DNA of 6,156 nt, from the IMG/VR virus record IMGVR_UViG_3300022758_000079, one strand, 5' to 3'. Of the stretch, positions 5,934 to 6,156 are shown piece by piece (position 1 is the first letter of the stretch; each line of letters starts with the position of its first letter). The DNA is from a virus. Position numbers and translations under genes: made by a program. A model generated the notes under the pieces. The model had not been told where the DNA came from. It ran no database searches and saw only the letters and a program-made list of their open reading frames with translations.

Positions 5934-6156
5934 CGGAGATAAAATGTTATATACTCTATACATGTATAACAACAGGATCTTTGAATTACAGATAAAAAGT
6001 TACAATACAGGATATTGTAGGCACTTGAAAAACAAGGAAGCAATAGTGGCATTCTTAGTAGATATACACACAAGGAAATATCTCGTATTCAAAGAGGCAG
6101 TTGAAAAAATCACATGGGAAGAGATAGACAATCTGGTAAACGAAAAAATCAAAGAA
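5899..6156 (+). CDS. Hypothetical 99-aa protein that spans the circular junction. It runs off the window end and continues as 2..169, ending at TGA 167-169. Its N-terminus reads MRTKIKDVKVIDGDKMLYTLYMYNNRIFELQIKS...
   Basis: The six-frame track omits it because there is no stop inside the window. I translated it by hand. A strong RBS, AAAGGAG, sits 6 nt upstream of ATG 5899. Frame continuity across the 6029-nt offset is verified. Confidence 0.55.
   Translation, partial: MRTKIKDVKVIDGDKMLYTLYMYNNRIFELQIKSYNTGYCRHLKNKEAIVAFLVDIHTRKYLVFKEAVEKITWEEIDNLVNEKIKE

Noticed and set aside
1-6156. Integrase, transposase, toxin-antitoxin or defence-system genes
   Set aside because: Nothing in the 6-kb genome has the size or motifs for these. 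The exciting-system expectation is not met by a canonical island. The notable features are the noncoding GC island and the small-ORF cluster of a microvirus.

Overview
The window appears to be a complete, circularly permuted genome of a small ssDNA phage of the family Microviridae (gokushovirus- or alpavirus-like). Positions 1..127 are identical to 6030..6156, giving a circular unit length of 6029 nt. All credible genes are on the + strand, as expected for a microvirus. The core genes run in the order: an 80-aa ORF, VP1 major capsid (611..2605, 664 aa), a 118-aa acidic ORF, VP2 glycine-rich DNA-pilot/minor capsid protein (3118..4257), and VP4 HUH rolling-circle replication initiator (4257..5171). 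VP4 carries a CxxC...CxxC zinc-finger-like N-terminus and the FVTLT, HLHGL and YITKYITK motifs. Downstream of VP4 lies an unusual noncoding island of about 290 nt at roughly 65-70% GC in an otherwise ~35-38% GC genome. It contains imperfect 25-bp direct repeats and several hairpins and is a candidate origin, packaging or structured-RNA region. A tight cluster of four small ORFs follows it. They are linked in part by ATGA/TAATG overlaps. One ORF spans the circular junction, and one small protein has an N-terminal transmembrane helix, making it a candidate lysis protein. Strong AAAGGAG-type ribosome-binding sites suggest a host that uses Shine-Dalgarno sequences, i.e. a low-GC Gram-positive-like host rather than Bacteroidetes. 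No tRNA, CRISPR array, integrase or transposase is visible. Every minus-strand ORF in the six-frame track looks like an antisense artefact.
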